Assembly (NCBI RefSeq): GCF_963921235.1
Contig: NC_086097.1
Coordinates: 15,500,001-15,564,000, forward strand
DNA: 64,000 bases
Direction: 5' to 3'
Origin: Mobula hypostoma
Taxonomy: Eukaryota
Of this stretch, positions 23,939-36,951 are shown one piece after another (positions within the stretch are counted from its first letter, which is position 1; every line of letters starts with the position of its first letter). The notes under the pieces were generated by a model, which saw only the letters and a program-made list of their open reading frames with translations, did not search any database and was not told the origin of the DNA. A program made the position numbers and the translations under genes.

Positions 23939-24977
23939 ATGTGTAGTGAGGAGAGGCTGTTGATAGGTCAGAATTGCAGTCAACAGGATGAGTTGCAATG
24001 TAAAGGCAGATAAAATCGAAAAGGTGGAATATAGGACTGAAGGTGTTGTATTTGAATGCACACAGTATATGGAACAAGGTAGATGGACTTGCAGCACAGT
24101 TGCAGATTGGCAGGTATGATGTTGTAGGCATCACTGAATCGTAGCTGAAGGATTATAGCTGGGAACTTGATCTCCAAGGATACCCATTGTATCGAAAGGA
24201 TTGGCAGGAAGGCAGAGGGGGCGGAGTTGCTCTGTTGGTTAAAAAATTAATCAAGAGCATTAGAAAGAGGTGATATAGGGTTGGGAGGTGTTGAATCATT
24301 GTGGATAGAGCTAAAGAACTGCAAAGGTAAAAAAAAGCCCTGATGGGAGTCGGAAATAGACCCTAAAACAGTATTAGGATGTGGCCTACAAATTACAATG
24401 GGAGAGAGAAAGTGCATGCCAAAAGGGCAGTGTTACAATAGTCATGGGGTACTTTAATATGCAGGTAGACTGGGAGAATTAGGTTGGTACTGGAATTCAG
24501 GGGGGGGGGGGGAATTTCTAGAGTGCCTACCAGATGGATTTTTAAAGTAGCTTGTTGAGCCCACGAGCGGATCAGTTATTCTGGATTGGTTGTTGTGCAA
24601 TGAACCAGAATTAATTAGAGAGCTTAAGATAAAAGAACCCTTGGGGGCAAGCTAAAGTCAGATGTATCAGTATTGCAGAGGAGTAAAGGGAATTATGGAA
24701 ACATGATTGGAAAAGAACACTCGCAGCGATAGTGGCAGAGCAGCAATGGCTGGAGTTTCTGGAAGCAATTCCGAAGGCACAAGATGTATACATTCCAAAG
24801 AGGAAGAAATATTCTAAAGGAAAGATTACACAACCATGGCTAACAAGAGAAGTCAAAACCAACATAAAAGTCAAAGAGAGGGCATATAATAGAGCAAAAA
24901 CTAGTGGGAAGTTAGAGGATTGGGAAGTTTTCAAAAACCAACAGAAGGCAACTAAAAAAAAACAGTTAAGAAGATAA
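23939..24977 (+). mobile_element. CR1 LINE ORF2 endonuclease region, decayed (continuation of the 19485 element)
   Basis: LKVLYLNAHSIWNKVD...YDVVGITES, GGGVALLV, QPWLTREVK. Confidence 0.82.
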
Positions 24978-27743
24978 AGACCATAAGTCAAAGGAGCAGA
25001 AGTCAGCCATTCGGCCCATCGAGTCTGCTCCGCCATTTTATCATGAGCTGATCCATTCTCCCATTTAGTCCCACTCCCCCGCCTTCTCACCATAACCCTT
25101 GATGCCCTGGCTACTCAGATACCTATCAATCTCTGCCTTAAATACACCCAATGACTTGGCCTCCACTGCCGCCCGTGGCAATAAATTCCAAAGATTCACC
25201 ACCCTCTCGCTAAAAAATTTCTTCACATTCTGTTCTGAATGGGCGCCCTTCAATCTTTAAGTCATGCCCTCTCGTACTAGGCTCCCCCATCAGGGGAAAG
25301 AACTTTGCCACATCCACTCTGTCCATGCCTTTCAACATTCGAAATGGTTCTATGAGGTCTCCTCTCATTCTTCTAAACTCCAAGGAATACAGTCCAAGAG
25401 CGGACAAACGTTCCTCATATGTTAACCCTCTCATTCCTGGAGTCATTCTAGTGAATCTTCTCTGTACCCTCTCCAATGTCAGCACATCCTTTCTTAAATA
25501 AGGAGACCAAAACTGCCCACAGTACTCCAAGTGAGGTCTCACCAGCGCCTTATAGAGCCTCAACATCACATCCCTGCTCCTATACTCTATTCCTCTAGAA
25601 ATGAATGCCGGCATTGCATTCGCCTTCTTCACTACTGACTCAACCTGGAGGTTAACCTTAAGGGTATCCTGTACGAGGACTCCCAAGTTCCGTTGCATCT
25701 CAGAACTTTGAATTCTTTCCCCATTTAAATAATAGTCTGCCTGTTTTTTTTTCTGACAAAGTGTATAACCATACACTTTCCAACGTTGTATTTCATTTGC
25801 CACTTCTTTGCCCATTCTTCCAATCTATCCAAGTCTCTCTGCAGATTCTCTGTTTCCTCAGCACTACTGGCCCCTCCACCTATCTTCGTATCGTCAGCAA
25901 ACATAGCCACAAAGCCATCTATTTCATAATCCAAATCGTTGATGTACAATGTAAAAAGAAGCGGCCCCAACATGGACTCCTGTGGAACACCACTGGTAAC
26001 CGGCAGTCAACCAGAATAGGATCCCTTTACGCCCACTCTCTGTTTCCTGCCGATCAACCAACGCTCTATCCACGTATGTAACTTTCCCGTAATTCCATGG
26101 GCTTTTATCTTGTTAAGTAGCCTCATGTGTGGCACCTTGTGAAAGGCCTTCTGAAAATCCAAATGTACAACATCCACTGCATCTCCCTTGTCTAGCCTAC
26201 TTGTAATTTCCTCAAAAAATTGTAATAGGTTTGTCAGGCAGGATTTTCCTTTAAGGAATCCATGTGGAGTTCTGCCTATCTTGTCATCTGCCTCCAGGTA
26301 CTCCGTAATCTCATCCTTGACAATCGACTCCAACAACTTCCCAACCACCGATGTCAAGCTAACAGGTCTATAATTTCATTTTTGCTTCCTTGCCCCCTCC
26401 TTAAATAGCGGAGTGACATTTGCAATCTTCCAGTCCTCCGGAACCATGCCAGAATCTATCGACTTTTGAAAGATCATCACTAATGCCTCCGCAATCTCCA
26501 CAGCTACTTCCTTCAGAACACGAGGGTGCATTCCATCTGGTCCGGGAGATTTATCGACCTTTAGACTATTCAGCTTCCTGAGTACTTTCTCTATCGTAAT
26601 TGTGACTGCGCACACTTCTCTTCCCTGCCACCCTTGAGTGTCTGGTATACTGCTGATGTCTTCCTCAGTGAAGACTGATGCAAAATACTCGTTCAGTTCC
26701 TCCGCCATCTCCTGATCTCCCCTTACAATTTCTCCAGCATCATTTTCCATCGGTTCTATATCTACTCTCACCTGTCTTTTACTCTTTATATACTTGAAAA
26801 AGCTTTTAGTATCCTCTTTGATATTATCTGCTAGCTTCCTTTCATAGTTAATCTTTTCCCTCTTAATAACCTTCTTAGTTTCCTTTTGTAAGGTTTTAAG
26901 AACTTCCCAATCCTCTGTCTTCCCACTAATTTTTGCTTCCTTGTATGCCCTCTCCTTTGCTTTAACTTTGGCTTTGACTTCTCTAGTCAACCACTGTTGC
27001 ATCCTTTTTCCATTCAAAAATTTCTTCTTTTTTGGAATATACCTGTCTTGCACCTTCCTCACTTCTCGCATAAACTCCAGCCACTGCTGCTCTGCCGTCC
27101 TTCCCGCCAGTGTCCCTTTCCAGTCAACTTTGGCCAGTTCCCCTCTCATGCCACTGTAATTTCCTTTACTCCACTGAAATACTGACACATCGATTACGGC
27201 TTCTGTTTTTCAAATTTCACAGTGAACTCAAATCATGTTATGATCACTGCCTCTGAAGGGTTCCTTCACCTCAATCTCTCTAATCACCTCCAGTGCATTA
27301 CACAATACCCAATCCAGTACAGCTGATCCCCTAGTGGGCTCTACAACAAGCTGTTCTAAAAAGCCATCTCGCAGACATTCTACAAATTTTCTCTCTTGAG
27401 ACCCAGTGCCGACCTGATTTTCCCAATCCACTTGCATGTTAAAATCCCCCATAATTATCATAACACTGCCCTTCTGACAAGCCTTTTCTATTTCCTGTTG
27501 TAATTTGTAGTCCACATCACTGCAGCTGTTTGGAGGCCTATAAATAACTGCCGTCAGGGTCCTTTTACCCCTGCGATTTCTTAGCTCAACCCATAAAGAT
27601 TCTGCACCTTCCGATCCTATATCACCACTTTCTAATGATTTAATATCATTTCTTACCAATAAAGCCACGCCTCCCCCTCTGCCTACCTTCCTTGGACGTT
27701 CAGCTCCCAGAGACATGCGTCCTTTAGCCACGTCTCAGTGATC
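24978..27743 (-). mobile_element. Young CR1 LINE, 5'-truncated ORF2, antisense
   Basis: Chain of minus-strand ORFs with GGGVALLV, GDFN, SDH, KSPGPDG, FADDTK and RPHLEYC. Tail agaccataag. Confidence 0.92.
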
Positions 27744-29556
27744 AAAGATAGAATACAAAAGTAAGCTAGCCAATAACATTAAAGAAGATACCAAAAATTT
27801 CTTCTGGTACATAAAGTATAAAAGGGAGGTGAGAGTGGATATTGGACCACTGGAAAATGATGCTGGGGAGGTGGTAATGGGTAACAATGAAATGGTGGAC
27901 AACCTGAATAAGTGTTTTCCATTAGTCTTCACTGTGGAAGACACTAGCAGTATGGTGGAAGTTCCAGGTGTCGGGTCATGAAGTGTGTGAAGTTACCATA
28001 ACGAGAGAGAAGGTTATTGGGAGACTGCAAGGTTTGAAGGTAGATAAGTCACCTGGACCAGATGGTGTACATCCCAGAGTTCAGAAAAAATGGCCAAAGA
28101 GATCATGGAGGCATAAGTAACGATCTTTCAGGAATCCACTGGATTCTGGACTGGTTCAGGAAGACTGGAAAATTGCAAATGTCTCTCCACTCTTCGGGAA
28201 ACCGTAGGCCAGTTAGCCTGACCTCAGCTGGGAAGGTTGGGAAGATGTTGGAGTCAACCATAAAGGATGATGTCATAGGGTACTTGGAAGTACATGATAA
28301 AATAGGTCATAGCGCAGTTTCCTTGAGGGAAAATCTTGTCTGACAAATCTGTTGGAATTCTTTGAAGAAATAACAAGTAAGATGGACAAAGGAGAATTGG
28401 TTGATGTTGTGCACTTGGATTTTCAGAAGCCCTTTGGCAAGATGCCGCACGTGAGGCTGCTAACCAAGCTACGAGCCCATGGTATTACAAGGAAAGATTC
28501 TAGCATGGATAAAGCAGTGGCTGAGTGGCAGGAAGACAAAGAGTGGGAATAAAGGGAGCCTTTTCTGGCTGGCTGCCAGACTAGTGGTGTTCCACAGAGG
28601 TTTGTGTTGGAACAGATTATTTTTATGTTATATGTCAATGATTTGGATGATGGAATTGATGGCTTTGTTGCAAAGTTTGCAGATGATATGAAGACAGGCA
28701 GAAGGGCCGGTAGTTTTGAGGAAGTAGAGAGGCTACAAAAGTACTTAGATTAGGAGAATGGACAAAGAAATGGCAGATGGAATACAGCATTGGGAAGTGT
28801 ATGGTCACGCACGTTGGTGGTTGACTTATTTTCTAAGTGGAGAAAAAAATACGAAACAAGTGAAGTGCAAAGGGGCTTGAGTGTCCTTGTGCAGGATTCC
28901 CTAAAGGTTAATTTGCAGGTTGAGTCAGTGGTGAGGAAGACAAATGTGATGTTAGCATTCATTTCAAGAGGGCTAGAATATAAAAGCAAAGATGTAATGT
29001 TGAAATGTTATAAAGCACTGGTGAGGCCCAGTGGAGTATTGTGTGCAGGTTTGGGACTCTCATCTTAGAAAGGATGTGCTGAAACTAGAGAGGGTTCAAA
29101 GGAGGTTCACGAAAATGATTCTAGGATTGAATGGCTTGTCATAAGTATTCACTAGAATTCAGAAAAATGCGGGATGATCTCATTGAAACCTATCAAATGG
29201 TGAAAGGCCTTGATAGAGTGGATGTGGAAAGGATGTTTCCTGTGGTGGGAGAGACTAAGACCAGAGGACACAGTCTCAGAATAGAGGGGCGTCCTTTTAG
29301 AACGGAGATGAGGCGGGATTTCTTTAGCCAGGGAGTGGTGAATCTGTGGGATTATTTGCCACAGACAGCTGTGGAAGCCAAGTCTTTTTGTATATTTAAG
29401 GCAGAGGTTGAGAGATTATTGTTTGGTCAGGGCATGTATGGATACAGGGAGAAGACAGACGATTGGGGCTGAGAGGAGAATTGGACCGGCCATGACGAAA
29501 CAGTGGAGCAGATACGATGGACCAAATGGCCTAACTCTGCTCCTAAATGTTATGGT
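27744..29556 (+). mobile_element. CR1 LINE RT and 3' end, decayed (last part of the 19485 element)
   Basis: Resumes at EYKSKLANNIKEDTK. Contains FADD, KVNLQVESVV and a CR1 3' UTR. Confidence 0.85.
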
Positions 29557-30660
29557 TACCTGCTCAAAACACTTAATCAGGTTTGTAAGACATACCTGCC
29601 CTGCATAAAACCATACTGACTGTCCCTAATCAGGCCGTGTTTTACCAAATACATGTAAATTCAGTCTCAAGGAATCCTCTCCAACATCTTCCTTATATTG
29701 ATGTGAGACTTTTCTGACTGTTATCCCAATTTCCCTTTTTGAACAAATCAACAACATGGGCTACTGTACAGTCCCCCAGGACCTTGCCTCTTGCTAATAA
29801 GTATACAGAATTCTTCATCAAGGCCCCAGCAATCTCACCTGTTTCCTCTATATCCCATCAGGATTTGAGTTCTTATCCACTTTAATACTCTCCAGAAGAC
29901 CCAGCACCACCACCTTCCTGCTCTCAAAATGTCCTGGCACATCATCATGCACTTCTCTACTCTCCTCCATGTCCTTCTCCTTGGTGAATCCTGAAGCAAA
30001 CTGTTAATTTAGTACCTCATCGACATCCTCTGATTCCAAGCATAATTACTTCATCGTTGTATTCCTGCTCTCTCCCTAGTTAGCCTCTTGTTTTTCATGC
30101 ATGTAGAAAATGCCTTGGAATTCTCTTTAATCCTACTCACCAAGGATATTTCACGGCCTCTTTTGGTCTTCCTAACCCCCTGCTTGATCTTTTTCCTGCT
30201 ATCTTAAAACAAGAGGTTGTGATCATTATTCCCCAAATGCTTTTCCTTTGCAAGGCCAGTCTGTTGTCTAGCTTTATTTCTTAATGCAAAGGTGTAGTAT
30301 GCTCCCTCCTCTAGTTGGGCTATCCACTTATTATTTCTAGAAACTCTGTCCAATGCACTATATAATTCTGCCCCATCTAAGTCTTTGCCCATCAGTTCCA
30401 CCAGGTACATGAATGTGGTCTTCCCTGTCTTCCTTTCAGACTTCAATAATATCTGCTTTCCTTTTCATCCCTTCCCTTTGGTACCGTGCTGCACTGGTTC
30501 CCAGCTTGTTGTTCTCCCATTAGAATCCTTATCACCTTATCAGTTAATATGTAGTTTTATCAGTGAGTTTAAGAACTCTTGATTATCACTGGTTCAGCAT
30601 GGGATCTGAATTGCACGGTTTTGCTTTTTCTTGTCACTTGGATTGCAGCACATATTTAAT

Positions 30661-30870
30661 CACGGGCACGGGCAGCAGTGGAGGCCAAGTCATTGGGTGT
30701 ATTTAAGGCAGAGATTGATAGGTATCTGAGTAGCCAGGGCATCAAAGGTTATGGTGAGAAGGCGGGGCAGTGGGACTAAATAGGATAAAATGGATCAGCT
30801 CATGATAAAATGGCGGAGCAGACTCGATGGGCTGAATGGCCTACTTCTGCTCCTTTGTCTTATGGTCTTA
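30661..30870 (+). mobile_element. CR1 LINE 3' end (short 5'-truncated copy)
   Basis: Matches the reverse complement of 24978-25177. Flanks share ttaatc. Confidence 0.8.
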
Positions 30871-30917
30871 ATCTTTCAGGGATCTGCTCAGTTTTTAACC
30901 AGTTTATATTTTAATAT

Positions 30918-31295
30918 GGGTGGTGGGGTGGAGACACATCTCTACCAAAGGAGGTGTAAGGGGCTCCTTCCCTCCACCAGCCTGCAGGTCACCCTTGGGC
31001 AAGGTGTAGCACCGCCCCCCTCCCAGAATCAGGTTCACATGAAGCCATGGGAGTAGGTAGTGGATGGTCCTATGGTCCTATGAGCTCTGGTGTATATCAC
31101 AAGCTGGTGCAGCTGGCTATGCGACCACTGATGCCAGGCAATCTCTGAAGAGTTGTGATAATGGCTGGGGGAAAGACACTGCCCAGGAGACGGCAATGGT
31201 GTACCATTTAAGTAGAAAAATTTGTCAAAAACAAACACGCTAATGGAAAGACAATGATAGTCCATGTCATAAAACATGGCACTTAATGAACAAAC
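30918..31295 (+). mobile_element. SINE-like element with RTE-type tail
   Basis: Same family as 5245-5822. Confidence 0.65.
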
Positions 31296-31945
31296 AATAT
31301 TTTAATGCAACTGGTAGTCAAATGGGAATTTATTTATTTATTCATTCATGTTATTTCTTAATATTTATTTTTCAGTTACTATCAGTTCTTTCAGTTCAGG
31401 TTTTAAATGCATTTGTTGTAGGAGAATATGATACCTGGTATATGTATGACGCCAGGGTGTCCCAATCTGTCAGTCAGAGTTTGGGTTTGCACTGGGGATG
31501 TGCCATGCATGATGAGGCGCTGTTATTTGTATGGCGAGAGCAATGGGCATGTTGGCAGCTTCAGTGCACTTTCAGGTCTAGCCCTGAGAGATTTGACACT
31601 CATTTGACTAGTGGAGGGTCAAATCTGCCAAAAAGCTGAAAGTGTTCAAAGTAATAGCAACAATAAAAAGTTGTTGGAAACTGTTTAGCATTAAATGAAA
31701 CATTTAAAGCCTGAGCTGAAAGTGTTGACAGTAATTGAAAGATAAATAACATTTGACCACCAGTTGTATTCAAAATAAACTTTGGGTAGAATCTCTTTAA
31801 ATTGGCTTCAAGGTGAGAGAGGACCAATTTTTTAGTCTACTTCTTGAACAGCTAGTTTTTCAGGACTCTAAGGTGCTGTTGGATTAATTGCCTTGGGAAA
31901 TTATTTCTGTGTGTTGGAACTCTGTAATTAGTAAGAGATTAACTG

Positions 31946-32192
31946 TGGCAGCATGGTAGTGTAGTAGTCAGTCTAAAGCTATTACAGTGCCAGTGATCTG
32001 GGTTCAATTTCGCTGCTGTCTGTCAGGAATTTGTTTATTCTGCACATGCCTGCAAGGGTTTCCTCCAGTTCTCTGTGGGAGGAATGTGGAATTTCAGGTT
32101 GGTAGTTAATTGGTCACATGGTGTAATTGGGGGCATGGGTTCATTGGGCCAAAAGGGACTGTTAACTGTGTTCTCTCTGTAAGTAAATAAAT
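31946..32192 (+). mobile_element. V-SINE (HE1-like)
   Basis: tggcagcatggtagtgtagtagtc A-box-like, gggttcaatttc B-box-like, taaataaa tail. Confidence 0.7.
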
Positions 32193-32454
32193 GTAATGCC
32201 AAAGCAATGCTATCTGACGAATAAAGTTACCACAAAAATAAACGGCACAAGGGTGTACATTTTGGGATCTTGGCATCTTGATGGCTTCCTGTGATCTTGA
32301 GATTCTCAATTCTTAAAAGCGTACTTAACCTGTTTAGTACACATTGTGTTTATATTGTAAATGAGCCTTGTCACTTGCAAGACTTTTGTATGTTTTAAAG
32401 TAAACCTAGCTGGCCTCTAGACACTTTTAAAAATGGCATTCACTTCTAAAAATG

Positions 32455-32972
32455 GCATGGCTTTATTAGGTACACCTGTACACCTGCTCATTCATGTAAA
32501 TATCTAATCAACTAATCATGTGGCGGCAACTCATTACATAAAAGCATGTAGACATGATCAAGAGGTCCAGCTATTGTTCAGACCTAACTTCCAGATGGGG
32601 AAGAAATGTGATCTAAGTGACTTTGACCATGATATGATTCTTGGTGCTAGATAGGGTGGTTTGAGTTATCTCAGAAACTGCTGATTTCCTGGGATTTTCA
32701 TGCATAGAGTTTACAGAGAATGTTGCACAAACCAAAAAAACACAGTGAGTGACAGTTCTGTAAGTGAAAATGCCTTGTTAATGAGAGAGATCATAGAAGA
32801 ATGGCTGAACTGTTTCAAGCTGACAGGAAGGTGACAGTAACTCAAATAACCAAGTGTTAAAACACTAGTGTGCAGAAGAGCATCTCTGAATGCACAGCAT
32901 TTCGAACCTTGAAGTAGATGGGCTATAGCACCAAAAGACTATTCCTGTACCTCATAAAGGGACCACTGAGTA
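32455..32972 (+). mobile_element. Non-autonomous Tc1-like element with transposase N-terminal remnant
   Basis: MGKKCDLSDFDHDMILGAR...SETADFLGFS. Inverted ends ctttattaggtac / gtacctcataaag...cactgagta. Confidence 0.75.
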
Positions 32973-33345
32973 TAGATGAAAGAACAACAACCTGTTGCTT
33001 GGATCGTATCAATGAGCCCAGGGATTAAATTAAAACTTTATTTTCATTGTACCCATGAAGTGATATGTAATTTCATGACCCTTATGATAGCGGCCTGTAC
33101 ATTGATCATCATTGTGATTCTGGGTTGTTGATGTAGTTCAAAGTTTAGTTAAGGTGATTCCTCTATGCTACTGGTTGGAGTCTCTGGAATTGCTGATTTT
33201 GTTGATGGCAGAAGAAACATCTGGATTCTTTTTGTTCTAAGGCAGTTGAAACTTATTTGTTGTTTTTAATTTTATCTCACATAAATTTGAATTTTCATTT
33301 GGATTGCTGGATGTGGCTCTCTGATTTATTGATTTTTATTTTAAG

Positions 33346-33621
33346 GTGACGATAAGCCTTTTGAAGGCCAAGCAGATTGCATTGCAAGACCAAGTGCAGA
33401 AGCTTCAGTCTGTTGCTCAGCCAGCGCACACAGAAACCAGTGAAAGCACGTCGACAGCCTCTACTGCCTTTCTGCCTGACGATGTTCCGCTCCGTGCTAC
33501 GTTCCATGGGGACACCATGGATTTTGGAGATGTCATCTGGTCCCAGCAGGAGATCAACAGACTTTCCAAACAGGTGTCAAAGTTAGAAACTGATGTTGCC
33601 CATTGGAAAGCTTTGGCACAG
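33346..33621 (+). CDS. TRIP11: TRIP11 coding exon (exon-4 equivalent)
   Basis: ttaag|...|gtcagt, 276 bp, phase 0-0. VTISLLKAKQIALQDQ...MDFGDVIWSQQEINRLS...HWKALAQ. Confidence 0.95.
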
Positions 33622-34234
33622 GTCAGTGAATTGTATCAATGCTGGTTATATAATTGTTAAAGCTGAAGTTGATCCCAGAATCCTAGCATTTCCCTTGTTT
33701 CTCCATTCATCCATGTGATCAGAACATTTGAATACTATCTCTCAGCTATTCCAATATTTTCTTGAATAAGAAGTTGGATTTGTCTCGGAGGATACAAACC
33801 AAATCAGTGCATTCAGATCATAAACAAGAGAAGGTATGCAGATGCTGGAAATCTAAAGCAACATACACAAAATGCTGGAGGAATTCAACAGGTCAGGCAG
33901 CATCTATGGAAATGAATAGACAGTCGACATTTTGAACTGAGACACTTTTTCAGGTAAAGTACCTAAGTGCTATAATAGGCCATGCACCTCTTCCCTCATC
34001 TCCATTCAGGGCCACAGGCAGTCATTCCAGGTGAGGGAACACCTCACCTGCGAAAATGTTGGTGACCAAACAATTTAATTCCGATTACCTCACCTATTCC
34101 AACATGTCGGTCCATGGTCTCCTCTTGTGCCAAGATAAGGTCACCCTCAGGTTGGAGAAACTACACCTTATATTTTAACACTCACAGCACGCTGGAGGAA
34201 CTCAGCAGGTCAGGCAGCATCAGTGGAAATGATG

Positions 34235-34270
34235 AGTCGACGTTTCGTGCTGGAACCCTTCTTCAGGACT
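34235..34270 (-). ncRNA. Minimal type I hammerhead ribozyme motif (Penelope-type)
   Basis: Reverse complement is agtc-CTGAAGA-agggttccagcac-GAAA-cgtc-gact. Stem II is weakened. Confidence 0.6.
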
Positions 34271-34780
34271 GAAGAAATAAGGAGGGGGAAACATTTGAAG
34301 AATGCTTGTAGTTTCAGTTGAAAAACCAGTAATTTGAAAGACAAATGGGTGGGGGAGGGGAAGCAGGGGCGTCATAGCCAGGAAAACAATGGGTAGTAGA
34401 AGAAGGAGGCGGAACCATGAGGGAGGTGATAGGCAGCTGGGGGAGGGGGCAGAGTGAAATAGGGATAGAGGAAGGGAGGGGGATGGAATTACTGGAAGTT
34501 GGAGAATTCTGTGTTCATACCAAGGGGCTGGAGACTACACCCAGACGGTATATGAGGTGTTGCTCCTCCAACCTGAGTTTAACCTCATTATTGCAGTAGA
34601 GGAGGCCATGTATGGACATATCTGAATGGGAATGGGAAGCAGAGTTGAAGTGGGTGGCTACCGGGAGATCCTGTCTGTTGTGGCGGACGGAGCGGAGGTG
34701 CTCGCCGAAGCGGTCCCCCAATCTGTGTTGGGTTTCACCGATGTAGAGGTGGCCGCACCAGGAGCACTGGATGCAATAGG

Positions 34781-34886
34781 TGATCCCAGCATCTGCAGAT
34801 TATTTTGTGTTTACTTTGATCCCAGCATCTGCAGATTATTTTGTGTTTACTTTGATCCCAGCATCTGCAGATTATTTTGTGTTTAC
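34781..34886 (+). repeat. Three tandem copies of a 36-bp Penelope terminal sequence
   Basis: tgatcccagcatctgcagattattttgtgtttactt starts at 34781, 34817 and 34853. Confidence 0.92.
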
Positions 34887-36142
34887 ACCTTATATTTTGT
34901 CTGGATAGCCTCCAACCTGATGGCATGAATATCAATTTCTCCTTCTGGAAAACAAATTCCACTCTCTCCCCCCCCCCCCCATTTCCTTGATTTCCCCCCA
35001 CCTCTTCGTACCTGCCTATTACTCCCCCATCCCGGGTCCTCTCCTCCTTCTCTTTATCCTGTGGTCTACTCTCCTCTCTAGTCAGATTCCTTCTTCTCCA
35101 GCCCTTTTCGCACCCATCTGGCTTCACCTATCACCTTCCAGCTCGTCTCCACCCCACCCTTTTTATTCTGGCATCTTCCTCCTTCTTTTTCAGTCCTGAA
35201 TAATGGTCTCGGCTCGAAACATCGATGATCTATTCATTTCTATAGATGCTACCTGATCTGCTGAGTTCCTCCAGCATTTTTGTCTGTGTGTTGCAGTGCA
35301 TTCAGATTTCAGTTTTGATTTGATCTATTTACTACAAGTATAATTCCGTGCTTATGCATCTGACTGAACTGTCAATTACTAGAAAACACACCGTATGTAA
35401 TTTCTGGGCAAGCATATAACTCCTGATTCACCTGCCGGATGCTTAAAATATTGGGGGGTGGGGGGGTGAAATTGTACATGAAGATACACTCACTGCAGAT
35501 CTAGTCAGGTTCTTTGGAGAAATGAGTAAAAAAATACACATTTTTGATAACAGTTTCTTGAAAATACTGTTCAGTATTATAATACAAATTACTGTTGTAT
35601 TCCTTATAGACCGAAGATGTAAATGACAGAGGATGAATGATGTGCAGGATTTTCTATTCAGTGTCTTTCTCTAAAGATTTATTTCTGTTTGTCTAGAAAT
35701 AGGACTTTGAAAGGTTACAAGCAAGGTATTGGACTTTCTTGCTGTGGCTTTTTGCACGAACAAATGTAAATCAATTGCACTATCCCAACTACTTGCAATA
35801 TCATTTCCTGCTTCAAATATTTTTTTGCAATATTTGCTTGAAGGATGGAGGGTTCCACTTACAACTTTTCTCAACAGGAAAGCACTCAAAGTCCAACTAT
35901 CATCCATGTAAAACATTGTCTTCTAATCATTCTAAGCCACTTTGAAATTGACTCCCTTCGTCATAGACTCCTTAACCAGAAGCAATGTTCTTTCACTCTA
36001 TCCTGTGCTAGTGGATACTTTATCAGGACTATAAAATTTATCTTCATAGTATATTACAACACCTTGGAGATTCCATACTATAAGGTTTTTTAATTTTTTA
36101 ATACCCTTTTTGTAAAGTTGCTAAACTGTTTGTATTTCAAGT

Positions 36143-36757
36143 TAGACAATAGACAATAGGTGCAGGAGTAGGCCATTCGGCCCTTCAAGCCAGCACCACC
36201 ATTCACTGTGATCATGGCTGATGATCCACTATCAGTATCCAGTTCCTGCCTTATCCCCATAACCTTTGATTCTGCTATCTCTAAGAGCTCTATCCATCTC
36301 TTTCTTGAAAGCATCCAGAGACTTGGCCTCCAGCCTTCTGGGGCAGAGCATTCCATATATCCACCACTCTCTGGGTGAAAAAGTTTTTCCACAACTCCGT
36401 TCTAAATGGCCTACCCCTAATTCTTAAACTGTGGCCTCTGGTTCTGGACTCACCCATCAGCGGGAACATGCTTCCTGCCTGCAGCGTGTCCAATCCCTTA
36501 ATAATCTTATATGTTTCAATAAGATCCCCTCTCAGCCTTCTAAATTCCAGAGTATACAAGCCTAGTCGCTCCAATCTTTCGACATATGACAGTCCCGCCA
36601 TCCCGGGAATTAACCTTGTGAACCTACGCTGCACTCCCTCAATAGCAAGAATGTCCTTCCTCAAATTTGGAGACCAGAACTGCACACAGTACTCCAGGTG
36701 TGGTCTCACCAGGGCCCTGCACAGCTGCAGAAGGACCTCTTTGCTCTTATACTCAAT
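36143..36757 (-). mobile_element. CR1 LINE 3' fragment
   Basis: RPHLEYCVQFWSPNLRKDILAIEGVQRRFTR with a tagacaatagacaatag tail. Confidence 0.88.
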
Positions 36758-36882
36758 TATACTCAGTTAAGAACTCTTTTTACTGGTCTCTGTGTTTAAT
36801 CTAGATCTCATTGCACGATCATGCTAACTGCTCATTGCAGTTTTAGAAGAGAAAAGTTAATTCTTTTTAATGTTATTTTTAG

Positions 36883-36951
36883 GTAACTAAGAGTCAAGGG
36901 TCAGTCAGCTCTGATGAGGATGATATCTACAAGCTGCAAAAGACAATAGAA
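36883..36951 (+). CDS. TRIP11: TRIP11 coding exon (exon-5 equivalent)
   Basis: tttttag|...|gtaaga, 69 bp. VTKSQGSVSSDEDDIYKLQKTIE. Confidence 0.9.

Larger units (their letters stand above)
33820..35295. mobile_element. Nested Penelope-like elements with GIY-YIG endonuclease remnants
   Basis: The inner minus-strand copy (~34177-34883) encodes YCIQCSWCGHLYIGETQHRLGDRFGEH...PVATHFN...RLEEQHLIYRLG and has TSD tacaccttatatttt (34162-34176, 34884-34898). The outer plus-strand copy is split around it. Confidence 0.88.

Noticed and set aside
34781..34886. 36-bp direct repeats resembling a CRISPR array
   Set aside because: The repeats are head-to-tail with no spacers, the context is a vertebrate intron, there are no cas genes, and the unit is a Penelope terminal sequence.
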